From: Congregibacter sp.
GTDB lineage: Bacteria > Pseudomonadota > Gammaproteobacteria > Pseudomonadales > Halieaceae
DNA length: 64,000 nt
Assembly: GCA_045105635.1 (NCBI GenBank)
Contig: JBGCDU010000015.1
Span: 8,695-72,694 of the forward strand
Reading direction: 5' to 3'
The notes under the pieces are model-generated. The model was not told where the DNA came from. It was given only the letters and a program-made list of their open reading frames with translations, and did not search any database. A program made the position numbers and the translations under genes. Numbering within the stretch: the first letter of the stretch is position 1; each line of letters opens with the position of its first letter. Shown here one piece after another: positions 23,814 to 33,288 of this stretch.

Positions 23814-24656
23814 TCAGGCCGCTAGTTGGCGGCCCATGGAGACCGGTGCGCCCGCGACGCACTCCGGGTTCCACGCGGCCACGCCGCGCGGGAACAGCAA
23901 TATCACTGTCGATCCAAGTAAGAATCGCCCCATTTCACCACCGCGCTCCAAAAGCACGGGACTCGGCGCCGCTTTGTGATCCCAGCGCTCAACCACACGC
24001 TTGCGCGGCGCGACCTGCCCGGACCAGACAGTTTCTATGCCAGCCACGATCATCGCGCCAACAAGCACCATGGCCATAGGACCGCGAGGCGTGTCGAAGT
24101 AGCTAATGTGGCGTTCATTGCGTGCAAACAGGCCATCTACCGCCGCCGCCGTGGTGCCGTTTACAGAAAATAAGTCCCCAGGAACGTAGCAACTGGCCTC
24201 CAGCTGTCCATCGAGAGGCATGTGCACCCGGTGGTAATCCCGGGGCGACAGATACACCGTCGCGAAACTACCGCCTTTGAACTGCGCGGCGCGCGTCGTA
24301 TCGTCGGCCAACAGGGCCTGCAGCGTGTAGCTGCGACCCTTGGCCTGCATGATCCGATCGCCGTCAATATCACCGCATTCACTGACCACTCCATCGGCTG
24401 GGCAGGCGATTCCACTGACACACAAGGGGCGTGCACCAGGCTTCAGCGATCGAGTAAAAAAAGCGTTAAAGCTGTCGTAGGCTTCGGGAAAAGGTTGCTC
24501 TGCCTCCGCGAGATTGACATCGTAATGCTTGCTAAAAGCGCGGATAACACGCCGCACTAACCAGCGTGGCTCGGTGGCTGCGGCAAGGCGACCAACGAGC
24601 CTGGACAGCGCGTGCTGAGGCAGCAGGCGCTGTATGACAATAAACAATGCGTCCAT
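23814..24656 (-). CDS. psd: Phosphatidylserine decarboxylase proenzyme
   Basis: FNAFFTRSL, YLSPRDYHRVHMP, NER, and the LGST autocleavage motif (GRFLLGSTVI). Confidence 0.96.
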   Translation of the reverse strand: MDALFIVIQRLLPQHALSRLVGRLAAATEPRWLVRRVIRAFSKHYDVNLAEAEQPFPEAYDSFNAFFTRSLKPGARPLCVSGIACPADGVVSECGDIDGDRIMQAKGRSYTLQALLADDTTRAAQFKGGSFATVYLSPRDYHRVHMPLDGQLEASCYVPGDLFSVNGTTAAAVDGLFARNERHISYFDTPRGPMAMVLVGAMIVAGIETVWSGQVAPRKRVVERWDHKAAPSPVLLERGGEMGRFLLGSTVILLFPRGVAAWNPECVAGAPVSMGRQLAA

Positions 24657-24662
24657 AGACAG

Positions 24663-26096
24663 TTAGAGGTTTTCCTCTGCAAAAGCGGCGAGCCGCGAGC
24701 GCACAATACCATTCACATGCATTATGCCCGCGTGTTCATAGGGCTTGCTGCGCTCTACAAGATAGGTCAAGCCGGATGTCAAAGGTGATATGTATTTATT
24801 GTCAATCTGTGCGAGGTTGCCAAGCACCACTATTTTTGAATCTTCGCCGACACGACTGATTATGGATTTAAGTTGAAACTGAGTGAGTCCCTGCGCCTCA
24901 TCGATAATGATGTAAGCGTTGTTGAAGGAGCGCCCACGCATAAAGTTGAGCGATTTAAACTGAATATTCGCGCGCTCCTTTACGTAATCGATGCTGCCCG
25001 TGCAGGATTCATCGGTGCCATGCAGAATTTCGAGATTGTCGTCGAAGGCGGCGAGCCAGGGCGCCATTTTTTCTTCTTCGGTGCCTGGCAGAAAGCCGAT
25101 ATCCTCGGCAATTGGCGGGGTTGAGCGGGCGACAATCAGCTTGTTAAATCGCCCTTCCTCAAGGATCGCATGCAGCCCGTACGCCAACGCGATTAAGGTT
25201 TTTCCAGAACCGGCGGGGCCGGTCAGGACAGTCATATCGACCTCGGTGCTGGCGATCAAAGACATGGCCATCGCCTGCTCAAGATTGCGCGGTGACAGGC
25301 CCCAGAAACGGCGATTCATCAGATTGTCGCGGCTTTCACATCGCAGGTACGCATGCTGCTCATCGAGGCGCACAACAAAAGCCATAAAATCGTTGTCGTC
25401 ATAGAGGAACATGTTCGGATACACGTCCGGGACAACCGCTCGCGCCACGCGATGCAGGGTCATCTTGTCTTCTCGAAGCGTATCCACCTCCTCCACACCG
25501 GCCCAGAAATCGCCGACGATGTGTTCATAGCCTTTGCTGAGCAGATCGATATCGTCGAGCACGCGGTCACGCCGATAGTCCTCCACATGCAGCAAACCTG
25601 ACCCCTTGGCCTTTATTCGCATGTTGATATCTTTGGTCACCAGACAAACGAAGCAATTCTCGCTCCCGGCCTGTAGCTTAAGGGCGACATTGATAATGCG
25701 GTTGTCATTGGCCTGATCAGGTGTGCCGTCGAGATAAGGAATATCACTGTCATCGTTGAGCAACTGGTCCGGATAAATCGCGAGGGTACCGCGGGCAGCA
25801 TTGGTATCGGCCGTGAGAATCGGCACACCCGCCTGAATATCCTGGGGTGACGCTTCATCAACTATTTTGTCGATCATCTGGATAGCGATGCGCGCCTCCC
25901 GGCTGACGGTCTTATCGCGGCGATCCTTGATGTGGTCGAGCTCCTCGAGCACGGTCATAGGGATAACGATATGGTGCTCGTTGAAGGCAGTTACTGCCGT
26001 TGGATCATGCAGTAATACATTCGTGTCGAGTACATAGACCTTCTTCATCGCGTCGACCAGGGGTGCCATATCGCGCACAACAGAAGTAGCTTCCAT
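24663..26096 (-). CDS. PhoH-family ATPase with N-terminal PIN domain (YlaK/PhoH2-like)
   Basis: YVLDTNVLL (PIN), TKDINMRIKA, GPAGSGKT, RGRSF, DEAQ. Confidence 0.92.
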   Translation of the reverse strand: MEATSVVRDMAPLVDAMKKVYVLDTNVLLHDPTAVTAFNEHHIVIPMTVLEELDHIKDRRDKTVSREARIAIQMIDKIVDEASPQDIQAGVPILTADTNAARGTLAIYPDQLLNDDSDIPYLDGTPDQANDNRIINVALKLQAGSENCFVCLVTKDINMRIKAKGSGLLHVEDYRRDRVLDDIDLLSKGYEHIVGDFWAGVEEVDTLREDKMTLHRVARAVVPDVYPNMFLYDDNDFMAFVVRLDEQHAYLRCESRDNLMNRRFWGLSPRNLEQAMAMSLIASTEVDMTVLTGPAGSGKTLIALAYGLHAILEEGRFNKLIVARSTPPIAEDIGFLPGTEEEKMAPWLAAFDDNLEILHGTDESCTGSIDYVKERANIQFKSLNFMRGRSFNNAYIIIDEAQGLTQFQLKSIISRVGEDSKIVVLGNLAQIDNKYISPLTSGLTYLVERSKPYEHAGIMHVNGIVRSRLAAFAEENL

Positions 26097-26230
26097 TCAA
26101 TAACCCTCTAAGGAAAAAAACTGCGGGCAGACATCCGCAAAGAATCTCAAGACACTTGAACAGCCGAAGACCAACGGCTCTCGCCGGTGCTGTACTCAGC
26201 AGCGCCGAATGGAAAAGCACGGACCCGCGA

Positions 26231-26278
26231 GGCACTTGGACTGGCACTTGGACTGGCACTTGGACAGGCGCTTGGGCC
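26231..26278. repeat. 12-bp tandem repeat (ggcacttggact x3 plus 1 degenerate copy) in the phoH/rnb divergent intergenic region
   Basis: Read directly from the sequence. Confidence 0.9.
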
Positions 26279-26519
26279 GAAAAGGCTGACCATTAGCCAG
26301 GAGTCGTTCAAACAAGAAGGGAGAAGCGGAGTGCCGCTTGGACGACGCAAGTTTGCTGTAACCATCGTGGCCTGCAGAGACTCTGATTATCAACGCGCAG
26401 AACAAACACTGTCAACGCTGCACCTCCCAAAACAGGGAAAAGCGACCATCACTGACACCCGCACCCATTTCAGCTAGCATAGCGACCCTTATTTGCGCGC
26501 GAAACGGCTGCCGTAACCA

Positions 26520-28724
26520 ATGCTAGACCGCAATGCCCTCTCACAGTTGAAGGGGCTCAAAAACAAGATGGAGTCCGAAAAGGAGCACACTGAAGGCGTG
26601 CTTCGCGGAACTACCGCGCGCTTCGGCTTCGCTCGCCTGGACGACGGACGAGAAGTTTTTGTGCCGCCCGACGAGATGCTCAAAGCCTTCCCCGGTGACC
26701 GCGTGAACGTATGTGTCCGGCCAGCCAAGGACGGGCGCCTGGTAGCCGACATTGAGCGGCTAGTAGAGAGTCCGCTCAAAGAGTTCACGGGGCAGTGCGT
26801 CAGCAAAGGGAACGCTGTGTTCGTGCAGCCAGACCTCCCGGAAATATCGCGCTGGTTGTTTTTGCCGCCGAGCACGCGGAAGGGCATCAAGGATGGAGAC
26901 TACCTGCGCTGCGCGGTGCTCCGTCACCCGATCCGCGATGGCAAGCCCCAGGCCGAAGTGCTTGAGCGCATCGGCGCTGCCGATGACCCGGGCATTGAGA
27001 ACCGCTACACCATCGCCAAGCACCAGCTGCAACGCGAGTGGCCCGAGGAGCAGGTGCGCGAACTGGAAGTGCTGCTCGACAGCATGGACCCGGTGGCAGA
27101 CGAACGGCGGGAAGATTTCAGCAATCTGGATTTTGTCAGCATCGATGCGGCACGAACCCAGGACATCGATGATGCGCTGTATGCCGAGGTAACCAGCGAT
27201 GGCTGGATGCTCTACATCGCGATAGCTGACCCAACCGCCTATATCGACGCTGGCTCTACATTTCGCGACACTATTCGACAGCGCGCCAGCAGCGTGTATT
27301 TTCACGGTGCCGTGCTTCCTATGCTGCCGGAGATCATTGCACAACAGCGCTGTGCACTGAGCGAGGGTGAACTGCGTCCGGCGTTAGTCTGTCGAGTCAG
27401 CGTGAGCGAGGCCGGTGAAGTGGGTGACTTCCGCTTCTTTGAAGGCAAAATTCGCTCGCGGGCGAAGCTCTCTTATTACGCCGTGGACCGATACCTCAGC
27501 GGTCAAGACGAGACGCTGATCTGCCACGCCAGCCCTCTCGAAGCGCTGTACCAGGTCTCCAGAGCCCTGCGAGCACGCCGCGAGGACTGCGAACTGGTTA
27601 TGGAAGATCGCCAGGAGTTCCGCTGGGTACTGAACGACACGGGGCACATAGAAAGTATTGAACCCACCGTGAAACTCAGTTCCCAGCGACTGGTGGAAGA
27701 ATGCATGGTAGCGGCCAACCGCTGCGCAGCGCGATTGCTTGCGGACGCCAGCGCCAGCGGCCCTTTCGTCGTGCACGATGGTTTTCGTCGCGATCGCGTC
27801 AAGGATCGCGAAAAATTTCTGGAGCGCTACGTCGAAAAGCCAACTCCTGACCCCGAATCACTCGAGGGTTACCGGGACCTGATCAAGCAACTGGCCGGTA
27901 GCGATCACGAATTACCGCTGCGCAGTATGGTCAATCGCCTGCTAACGCGCGCACGTTTTTCGAAAAAGCCCGGTGCGCATATGGGCATGTCGCTCAGTAG
28001 CTATACCAACTGCACGTCACCGCTGCGCAAGTATCTGGACTTTCTGGTGCACCTGCAGATCAAATCCGTGCTGCGCAACGAAGACGAGCAACACTGCGAC
28101 CAGCAAGAGCTGGAACTGCTAAACCAGAGGCTTCAGCGTCTGCGTCAGGTCAGCCTCGAAGCCGAACGCTGGCTAGCACTGGAATATCTGCAGCGGCTTG
28201 CAAAGCTCGACGACCAGCACTGGAGTGGACGGGTTTCGCACTTGACCAACAACGGCATGATGGTGCGCCTGGATGCAAACGGGCTTGAGGGTTATGTGAA
28301 CCTGCGAAATATTAAAGAGAAGTTCACTTTCGACAAAATGACAGCATCACTGCGCAGCAAGAGCCGTGAGTTTCGCGTCAACATGCCGGTAGCAGTGAAG
28401 CTGATCGGAGTAGATGACAGCAAGCCTCATCTCGCTGCACTCAAACTGGATCCGCAGTCAGGTTTGCGGCCGAAAAAAGAAGCCAATAAGCACAGCAACA
28501 ACAGCAACAGCAACAACAGCAACAACAGCAACAACAGCAACAAGAAAAAGACTGACACTAAAGAACCATCCCGCAAGCACGACGGCGATACACGCGACGC
28601 TGCGCTCGCTGACGCGCCTGCAATTGTCGCTGAAACAGCGCCCAACGAGCAGGCTGCCGGCATTCCTGCCGAGAATTCGACGGATAAGATCGTCGAAGCC
28701 GCTGAGGTTTTAAAAGCCGACTAA
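26520..28724 (+). CDS. rnb: RNB-family 3'-5' exoribonuclease, RNase II-like, with a low-complexity C-terminal tail
   Basis: Cold-shock domains (GFARLDDGREVFVPP), catalytic SIDAARTQDIDDAL, EECMVAAN, TSPLRKY and an S1 domain. Confidence 0.85.
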   Translation: MLDRNALSQLKGLKNKMESEKEHTEGVLRGTTARFGFARLDDGREVFVPPDEMLKAFPGDRVNVCVRPAKDGRLVADIERLVESPLKEFTGQCVSKGNAVFVQPDLPEISRWLFLPPSTRKGIKDGDYLRCAVLRHPIRDGKPQAEVLERIGAADDPGIENRYTIAKHQLQREWPEEQVRELEVLLDSMDPVADERREDFSNLDFVSIDAARTQDIDDALYAEVTSDGWMLYIAIADPTAYIDAGSTFRDTIRQRASSVYFHGAVLPMLPEIIAQQRCALSEGELRPALVCRVSVSEAGEVGDFRFFEGKIRSRAKLSYYAVDRYLSGQDETLICHASPLEALYQVSRALRARREDCELVMEDRQEFRWVLNDTGHIESIEPTVKLSSQRLVEECMVAANRCAARLLADASASGPFVVHDGFRRDRVKDREKFLERYVEKPTPDPESLEGYRDLIKQLAGSDHELPLRSMVNRLLTRARFSKKPGAHMGMSLSSYTNCTSPLRKYLDFLVHLQIKSVLRNEDEQHCDQQELELLNQRLQRLRQVSLEAERWLALEYLQRLAKLDDQHWSGRVSHLTNNGMMVRLDANGLEGYVNLRNIKEKFTFDKMTASLRSKSREFRVNMPVAVKLIGVDDSKPHLAALKLDPQSGLRPKKEANKHSNNSNSNNSNNSNNSNKKKTDTKEPSRKHDGDTRDAALADAPAIVAETAPNEQAAGIPAENSTDKIVEAAEVLKAD
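28493..28543. repeat. cagcaacaa 9-bp repeat array encoding (SNN)n in the RNase II tail
   Basis: Encodes HSNNSNSNNSNNSNNSNK. Confidence 0.9.
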
Positions 28725-28750
28725 ACTGCGATAACAGCGCTTTTATTAGT

Positions 28751-30232
28751 TTAGAACTGCGCGCTGCCTGGTGTACGAGGAAACGGAATAGCATCGCGAA
28801 CGTTATCCATCCCGGTTACGTAGTTGATTAAACGCTCAAAGCCCAGGCCAAAACCCGAGTGCGGCACCGTGCCGTAGCGGCGCAAATCGCGATACCACCA
28901 CAACTCCTCTCGAACCTTGGGATCCATGCGCGCATCGAGGACGTCCAGGCGCTCCTCGCGCTGACTGCCGCCGATGATTTCGCCAATACCTGGCGCCAGA
29001 ACATCCATCGCCGCTACGGTTTTTTCATCGTCGTTGAGACGCATGTAAAAAGCCTTGATATCCCGCGGATAGTTCATCAAGACCACCGGGCGACCCACAT
29101 GCTCCTCGCAAAGGTAGCGCTCATGCTCGCTCGCCAGATCGACACCCCAGTCGACCGGATACTCAAATTTCTTGCCGCTCGCCTTTAAAATGTTGATCGC
29201 TTCGGAATATTCCATACGCTCAAAGTTGTCCTCAACCATGGACTCAAGGCGACTCAGCACGGTGTCATCAACACGCTGGTTGAAAAAGGCCAAATCGTCC
29301 TCGCAATCGTTGAGCACGCGTCTGAAAACATGTTTGAGCAATGACTCGGCCAGATCGGCATTGGCCGCCAAATCAGCAAAGGCCACCTCGGGCTCGATCA
29401 TCCAGAACTCCGCGAGATGACGACTGGTGTTACTGTTTTCTGCACGAAACGTGGGCCCGAAGGTATACACCTTACTCATTGAAAGGCAGTAAGACTCAAC
29501 GGCGAGCTGACCGCTCACCGTCAGAAAGGAATCACCGCCAAAAAAGTCCTGCGAGAAATCTACTGCGCCTTCCGGCGTTTTTGGAACATTCGCAAAATCC
29601 AGCGTACTGACGCGAAACAGCTCACCGGCGCCCTCGCAGTCACTGTTAGTGATGATTGGCGTGTTAATCCAGTAAAAGCCGTGGTCATGAAAGTAACTGT
29701 GAATAGCGTTCGCCAAACAGTGCCGGACACGGGTAATCGCACCAAACGTGTTGGTGCGCGGGCGTAGATGCGCCTGGGTACGCAGGTACTCAAAGGTATG
29801 GCGTTTCTTCGCGATCGGATAGCTCTCGGCGTCGTCGACCCAGCCCACTACGCTCACAGCGTCGGCCTGAATTTCAACCGTTTGTCCCTTGCCCTGGGAT
29901 GCGACCAGCGCGCCACGCACTTCCACAGCGCAGCCGGTCGTGAGTTGCAGCAACTCGCTCTCATAGTTGGGCAGATCTGCAGGCACCACCGTCTGAATAG
30001 GATCAAAGGAGGAGCCGTCGTGGACGGCCAGAAATGAGATGCCTGCCTTAGAGTCGCGCTTGCTGCGCAGCCAGCCTCGAACCGCCACCGTTTGTGGCTG
30101 CGCATCGAGCGTCGTGTTATCGGTCTTAAGAAGATCCAGCACCCGAGAAAAAGCCACAGCGTCTTTGCTTGTCGCGTCACCTGTCGTAGCGTTGCCTGTC
30201 GTAGCGTTGCCTGTCATAGCCTTGCCTGTCAT
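28751..30232 (-). CDS. asnS: Asparagine--tRNA ligase
   Basis: [74 protein letters not shown] at 30232 or 30217. Confidence 0.98.
   Translation of the reverse strand: MTGKAMTGNATTGNATTGDATSKDAVAFSRVLDLLKTDNTTLDAQPQTVAVRGWLRSKRDSKAGISFLAVHDGSSFDPIQTVVPADLPNYESELLQLTTGCAVEVRGALVASQGKGQTVEIQADAVSVVGWVDDAESYPIAKKRHTFEYLRTQAHLRPRTNTFGAITRVRHCLANAIHSYFHDHGFYWINTPIITNSDCEGAGELFRVSTLDFANVPKTPEGAVDFSQDFFGGDSFLTVSGQLAVESYCLSMSKVYTFGPTFRAENSNTSRHLAEFWMIEPEVAFADLAANADLAESLLKHVFRRVLNDCEDDLAFFNQRVDDTVLSRLESMVEDNFERMEYSEAINILKASGKKFEYPVDWGVDLASEHERYLCEEHVGRPVVLMNYPRDIKAFYMRLNDDEKTVAAMDVLAPGIGEIIGGSQREERLDVLDARMDPKVREELWWYRDLRRYGTVPHSGFGLGFERLINYVTGMDNVRDAIPFPRTPGSAQF
30180..30232. repeat. 15-bp tandem repeat at the asnS start ([20 protein letters not shown])
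   Basis: cctgtcgtagcgttg x2, cctgtcatagccttg, cctgtcat. Confidence 0.88.
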
Positions 30233-30385
30233 CGCAGCCTCCAATTGAGAGGCGCGGAGGATAACCAAAGGTCGCTGGCATCGCTACGTTCTTAAGATCT
30301 CTTCGCTGTCTTATTGGTGAGCATTGCGCGGCCGATCCGCAGCCACCCCGGCACGCGAGATGCCAGATCGCGCCTCAACCCTGCA

Positions 30386-31651
30386 TTAGAGCGACGTCGC
30401 CAGCTCTTCGCGGATTGATCGTAGTTCAGCACGATATTTCACTTTGTCCACCAGAAACGGTGCCCGCTCTATCGCCAGGGAGATCAGTCGCTCGGCTTCT
30501 TTATCGTTGCCGCGTCGATGCTGAACCAGACCGAGATTGTAGAGCAGCAAACTGTCTCTGGGCTGCAGTTTGCGCGCGGTGCGGTAGTGCTCATAAGCGA
30601 GATCCCAATCTTCGGTCGCCATCGCCATCTCACCCAGGTTTGCGTGGTAATAGGGATTTCGCTCGCGGTATCGATGCATGCGGTCCAGCCAGTAAGCCTG
30701 CTCCTCCAGGCGGCCTTCCAGCTCGTATAGCACAGCGAGATTATTCATCGCCGAGCGATCGCCCTTGTCGACTTCGAGGGCATGCAAATACGCCTGCTCG
30801 GCCTCCGCATACTGGTCCGTATACCGGTATATGGCCCCGAGATTCACCCAGAGTTGGGATAGACCCGGAGCGATTTCCAAGCCTCGTACCAGTTGCAGCC
30901 AGGCAAGTTCTGGACGCTCATCGGCAAGCGCCTGCATGGCAAGATTATTGTGATGCAGCGCCAGGGCTTCCGAGTCGTCCATGATCCTGGCGCCAGCGAC
31001 CTGATGGCTGGTCAGTGGATCGATATCCACCATGTATTCAGTGCCGTCGCGCATCTTGACCATCACGTTAACGTGCAAACGCAGCGCTACCCGTTCGCCA
31101 ATACGGTGCCACTCGGGGCGCACCGCCATCCACTGATAGCGTGCATTCAAACCGGCCTCGCGCGCAAGCGCGACGAACATATGCGCATAGCTCAGACAGT
31201 TGGCCGACCGGCGCTCAAACGCCTCCTGCGCAACCCCGTCACCCAGCGGATCGTATTGCATCGCCAGGATACCAGGGCTTTTGACCGCCTGATGCAGGGC
31301 CATAAGGCTGGTGCGAGGGTTGTTACTGTGCTCCGTGTACTCGAGCACAAAATCCTGCATTTCAGGGCTAACGGCGAGAACGTCCGGGCGATCGAGATTG
31401 AGTGAGTCTTGGTAGGTGTAGATACCCTCAGCGTGCTTGAGCGGCGGTATATCCCGCACATCGAACGCCCAGTTCATCGGGGTCGCGCAAGCGCTGAGAA
31501 GACCCAGCAGGATCAAGCCGCTGAGGCCCGTAATAAGACGCGCACACAACCGCGATGTAAAAGGAACTCCTGCGGTTCCTGCAGCGGCTGGCAGTGTGTT
31601 CCTGATAGGACTATTGCATTTAAAGACGCTAACGCCGCTCATTGAAGTCAC
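30386..31651 (-). CDS. Lipoprotein with a transglutaminase-like domain and C-terminal TPRs
   Basis: Lipobox LLSAC; NCLSYAHMFVALAREAGL...LHVN...VDID Cys-His-Asp triad; TPRs (LWVNLGAIY, AMNNLAVLY, YHANLG). True start is probably downstream of 31651. Confidence 0.75.
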   Translation of the reverse strand: MTSMSGVSVFKCNSPIRNTLPAAAGTAGVPFTSRLCARLITGLSGLILLGLLSACATPMNWAFDVRDIPPLKHAEGIYTYQDSLNLDRPDVLAVSPEMQDFVLEYTEHSNNPRTSLMALHQAVKSPGILAMQYDPLGDGVAQEAFERRSANCLSYAHMFVALAREAGLNARYQWMAVRPEWHRIGERVALRLHVNVMVKMRDGTEYMVDIDPLTSHQVAGARIMDDSEALALHHNNLAMQALADERPELAWLQLVRGLEIAPGLSQLWVNLGAIYRYTDQYAEAEQAYLHALEVDKGDRSAMNNLAVLYELEGRLEEQAYWLDRMHRYRERNPYYHANLGEMAMATEDWDLAYEHYRTARKLQPRDSLLLYNLGLVQHRRGNDKEAERLISLAIERAPFLVDKVKYRAELRSIREELATSL

Positions 31652-32261
31652 CTGACTCTTGCGTCACCTGCGTTACCTGCGTCACCTGCGTCACCTGCTC
31701 CACCCGCGTGTCCGGCGTCTCGTCGCCTGGATACTGACTGCGAACGAACTCCTCTACCAGCGCCTCGATATAGCGTTGATCCTCCTCGCTGAATCTCCCG
31801 GCCACGGGCGAATCGATATCCAGCACAGCAACGACCTTGCCCTCTGCATAGATAGGCACCACCAATTCAGATCTCGAATTGATATCGCAGGCAATATGAC
31901 CCGGAAAGGCATGCACATCATCGACGCGCTGTGTTTCGCCCGTCGCAACGCATGTCCCGCATACGCCTTTGCCAACAGGAATCCGAACGCAGGCCGGCAA
32001 GCCCTGAAAAGGCCCAAGCAAGAGCGTTCCACCGCGCACAAAGTAGAAGCCGACCCAGTTGATATCGGCGAGAAGTTGGTTGATAAAAGCACAGGTGTTG
32101 GCGGTATTCGCGACCCAATCGGTCTCGCCACTCAGAAGGCCCGAGAGTTGCTGTCGCGCTTCGTCTACCGTCAAGCGCGGGGGTAGAAAGCCGGTCCGTT
32201 CAGGACGCGGGTTAGCGTTGCTCATGTCCTGAGTATGGTCCATTTGAGCAGACTGCGCCAA
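31629..32261 (-). CDS. msrC: GAF-domain free methionine-(R)-sulfoxide reductase (fRMsr/YebR)
   Basis: INWVGFY, LGPFQGLPACVRIPVGKGVCG, VHAFPGHIACD, SELVVP, VLDIDS. Confidence 0.9.
   Translation of the reverse strand: MAQSAQMDHTQDMSNANPRPERTGFLPPRLTVDEARQQLSGLLSGETDWVANTANTCAFINQLLADINWVGFYFVRGGTLLLGPFQGLPACVRIPVGKGVCGTCVATGETQRVDDVHAFPGHIACDINSRSELVVPIYAEGKVVAVLDIDSPVAGRFSEEDQRYIEALVEEFVRSQYPGDETPDTRVEQVTQVTQVTQVTQESGDFNERR
31663..31698. repeat. 9-bp tandem repeat x4 (gtcacctgc) encoding (QVT)n at the msrC C-terminus
   Basis: Encodes EQVTQVTQVTQVTQE. Confidence 0.9.
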
Positions 32262-32313
32262 CGGTAAAAATTACCGCCAAATTGCCGGGGATGTGATCAG
32301 GCCCACCCTACTT

Positions 32314-33096
32314 TCACGCCCGCTCCAACTCCGCATGCAGTGCGAGATATTGCTGCGTGAGTTTGTGCGATGGCGCCAAATCGATAAGCGGCCGATGCTC
32401 ATAATGTGACTCTTTCATCTTCACGGAACTGTTCAGAAAGGAACGCAGCACGGGAAACTCCTCTTCCTCGAGTTCAGCGACCAGTTCGCCGGGCAATCTC
32501 GCCTGGCTGTTGAACTGATTGATCACAATACCTTCAACCACCAGATCTTCGTTGTGATCCTCCCGTAACTCGACAATGTTTTCCATCAGTGCATAGAGGC
32601 TTTGGCGCGCGAAACTGTCGCAATCAAACGGTATTAGCACACTATTTGCAGCGATCAACGCCGATTTGGAGTAAAAATTGAAGTTTGGCGGCGTATCTAT
32701 GTAGATCCGGTCATAATCCTTTGACAACTTGCCCAACGCGTCGCGCAGCTTGTAGATTTTGTAGCGCGCTTCGAGCTCGCGTTCCAACTCAGACAGTAGA
32801 GGGCTGGAGGGCATAAGGAAAAGGTTTTCGTGGGGTGTTTCCCAGACGAAAGCGTCCGGGTTGCGTCCCATGCGGCGTGGCCCGACGGTTTGTTTGAACA
32901 AGCCCGATACACCCTGCGCCTCTGCCGGGAATGCCTCCGCGTCGATTTCTCCAACCAGGTAATGCGTAGTATTGCCCTGCACATCCAGATCAATAACCAG
33001 CGTGCGCCTGCCCATGCTGGCGTCGATAGCCGCCAGGTTGCAGGTGATGCTGGTTTTGCCGACACCACCCTTTTGATTGAAAACCACACGATTCAT
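32314..33096 (-). CDS. Orphan ParA/Soj-family ATPase
   Basis: NQKGGVGKT deviant Walker A, IDLDVQGN, IDTPP. No adjacent ParB. Confidence 0.9.
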   Translation of the reverse strand: MNRVVFNQKGGVGKTSITCNLAAIDASMGRRTLVIDLDVQGNTTHYLVGEIDAEAFPAEAQGVSGLFKQTVGPRRMGRNPDAFVWETPHENLFLMPSSPLLSELERELEARYKIYKLRDALGKLSKDYDRIYIDTPPNFNFYSKSALIAANSVLIPFDCDSFARQSLYALMENIVELREDHNEDLVVEGIVINQFNSQARLPGELVAELEEEEFPVLRSFLNSSVKMKESHYEHRPLIDLAPSHKLTQQYLALHAELERA

Positions 33097-33288
33097 GGAA
33101 TACGCCCCAGGCTATTCAGATTCTGCTCAAAAGGGCAAAGAGTGTAGCCAAGGCCGTCTGCCCTGTCAGCCGATCAGCACAGTTTCGACGCATTGACTCA
33201 GCGACAGCTATGCTATGTTGCGCCGGATTCGCCGCCAGCTGCCAAGTCGGAGGCACCGCCTCATTGGCACCACCCTGGAGATAAAAGC

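Noticed and set aside
26187-26477. 96-aa ORF with (ALGL)n in the phoH-rnb gap
   Set aside because: No recognisable homology or RBS; the periodicity is explained by the 12-bp DNA repeat.
17087-31698. Tandem repeats as CRISPR arrays
   Set aside because: Units are 9-15 bp, directly adjacent with no unique spacers, and there are no cas genes.
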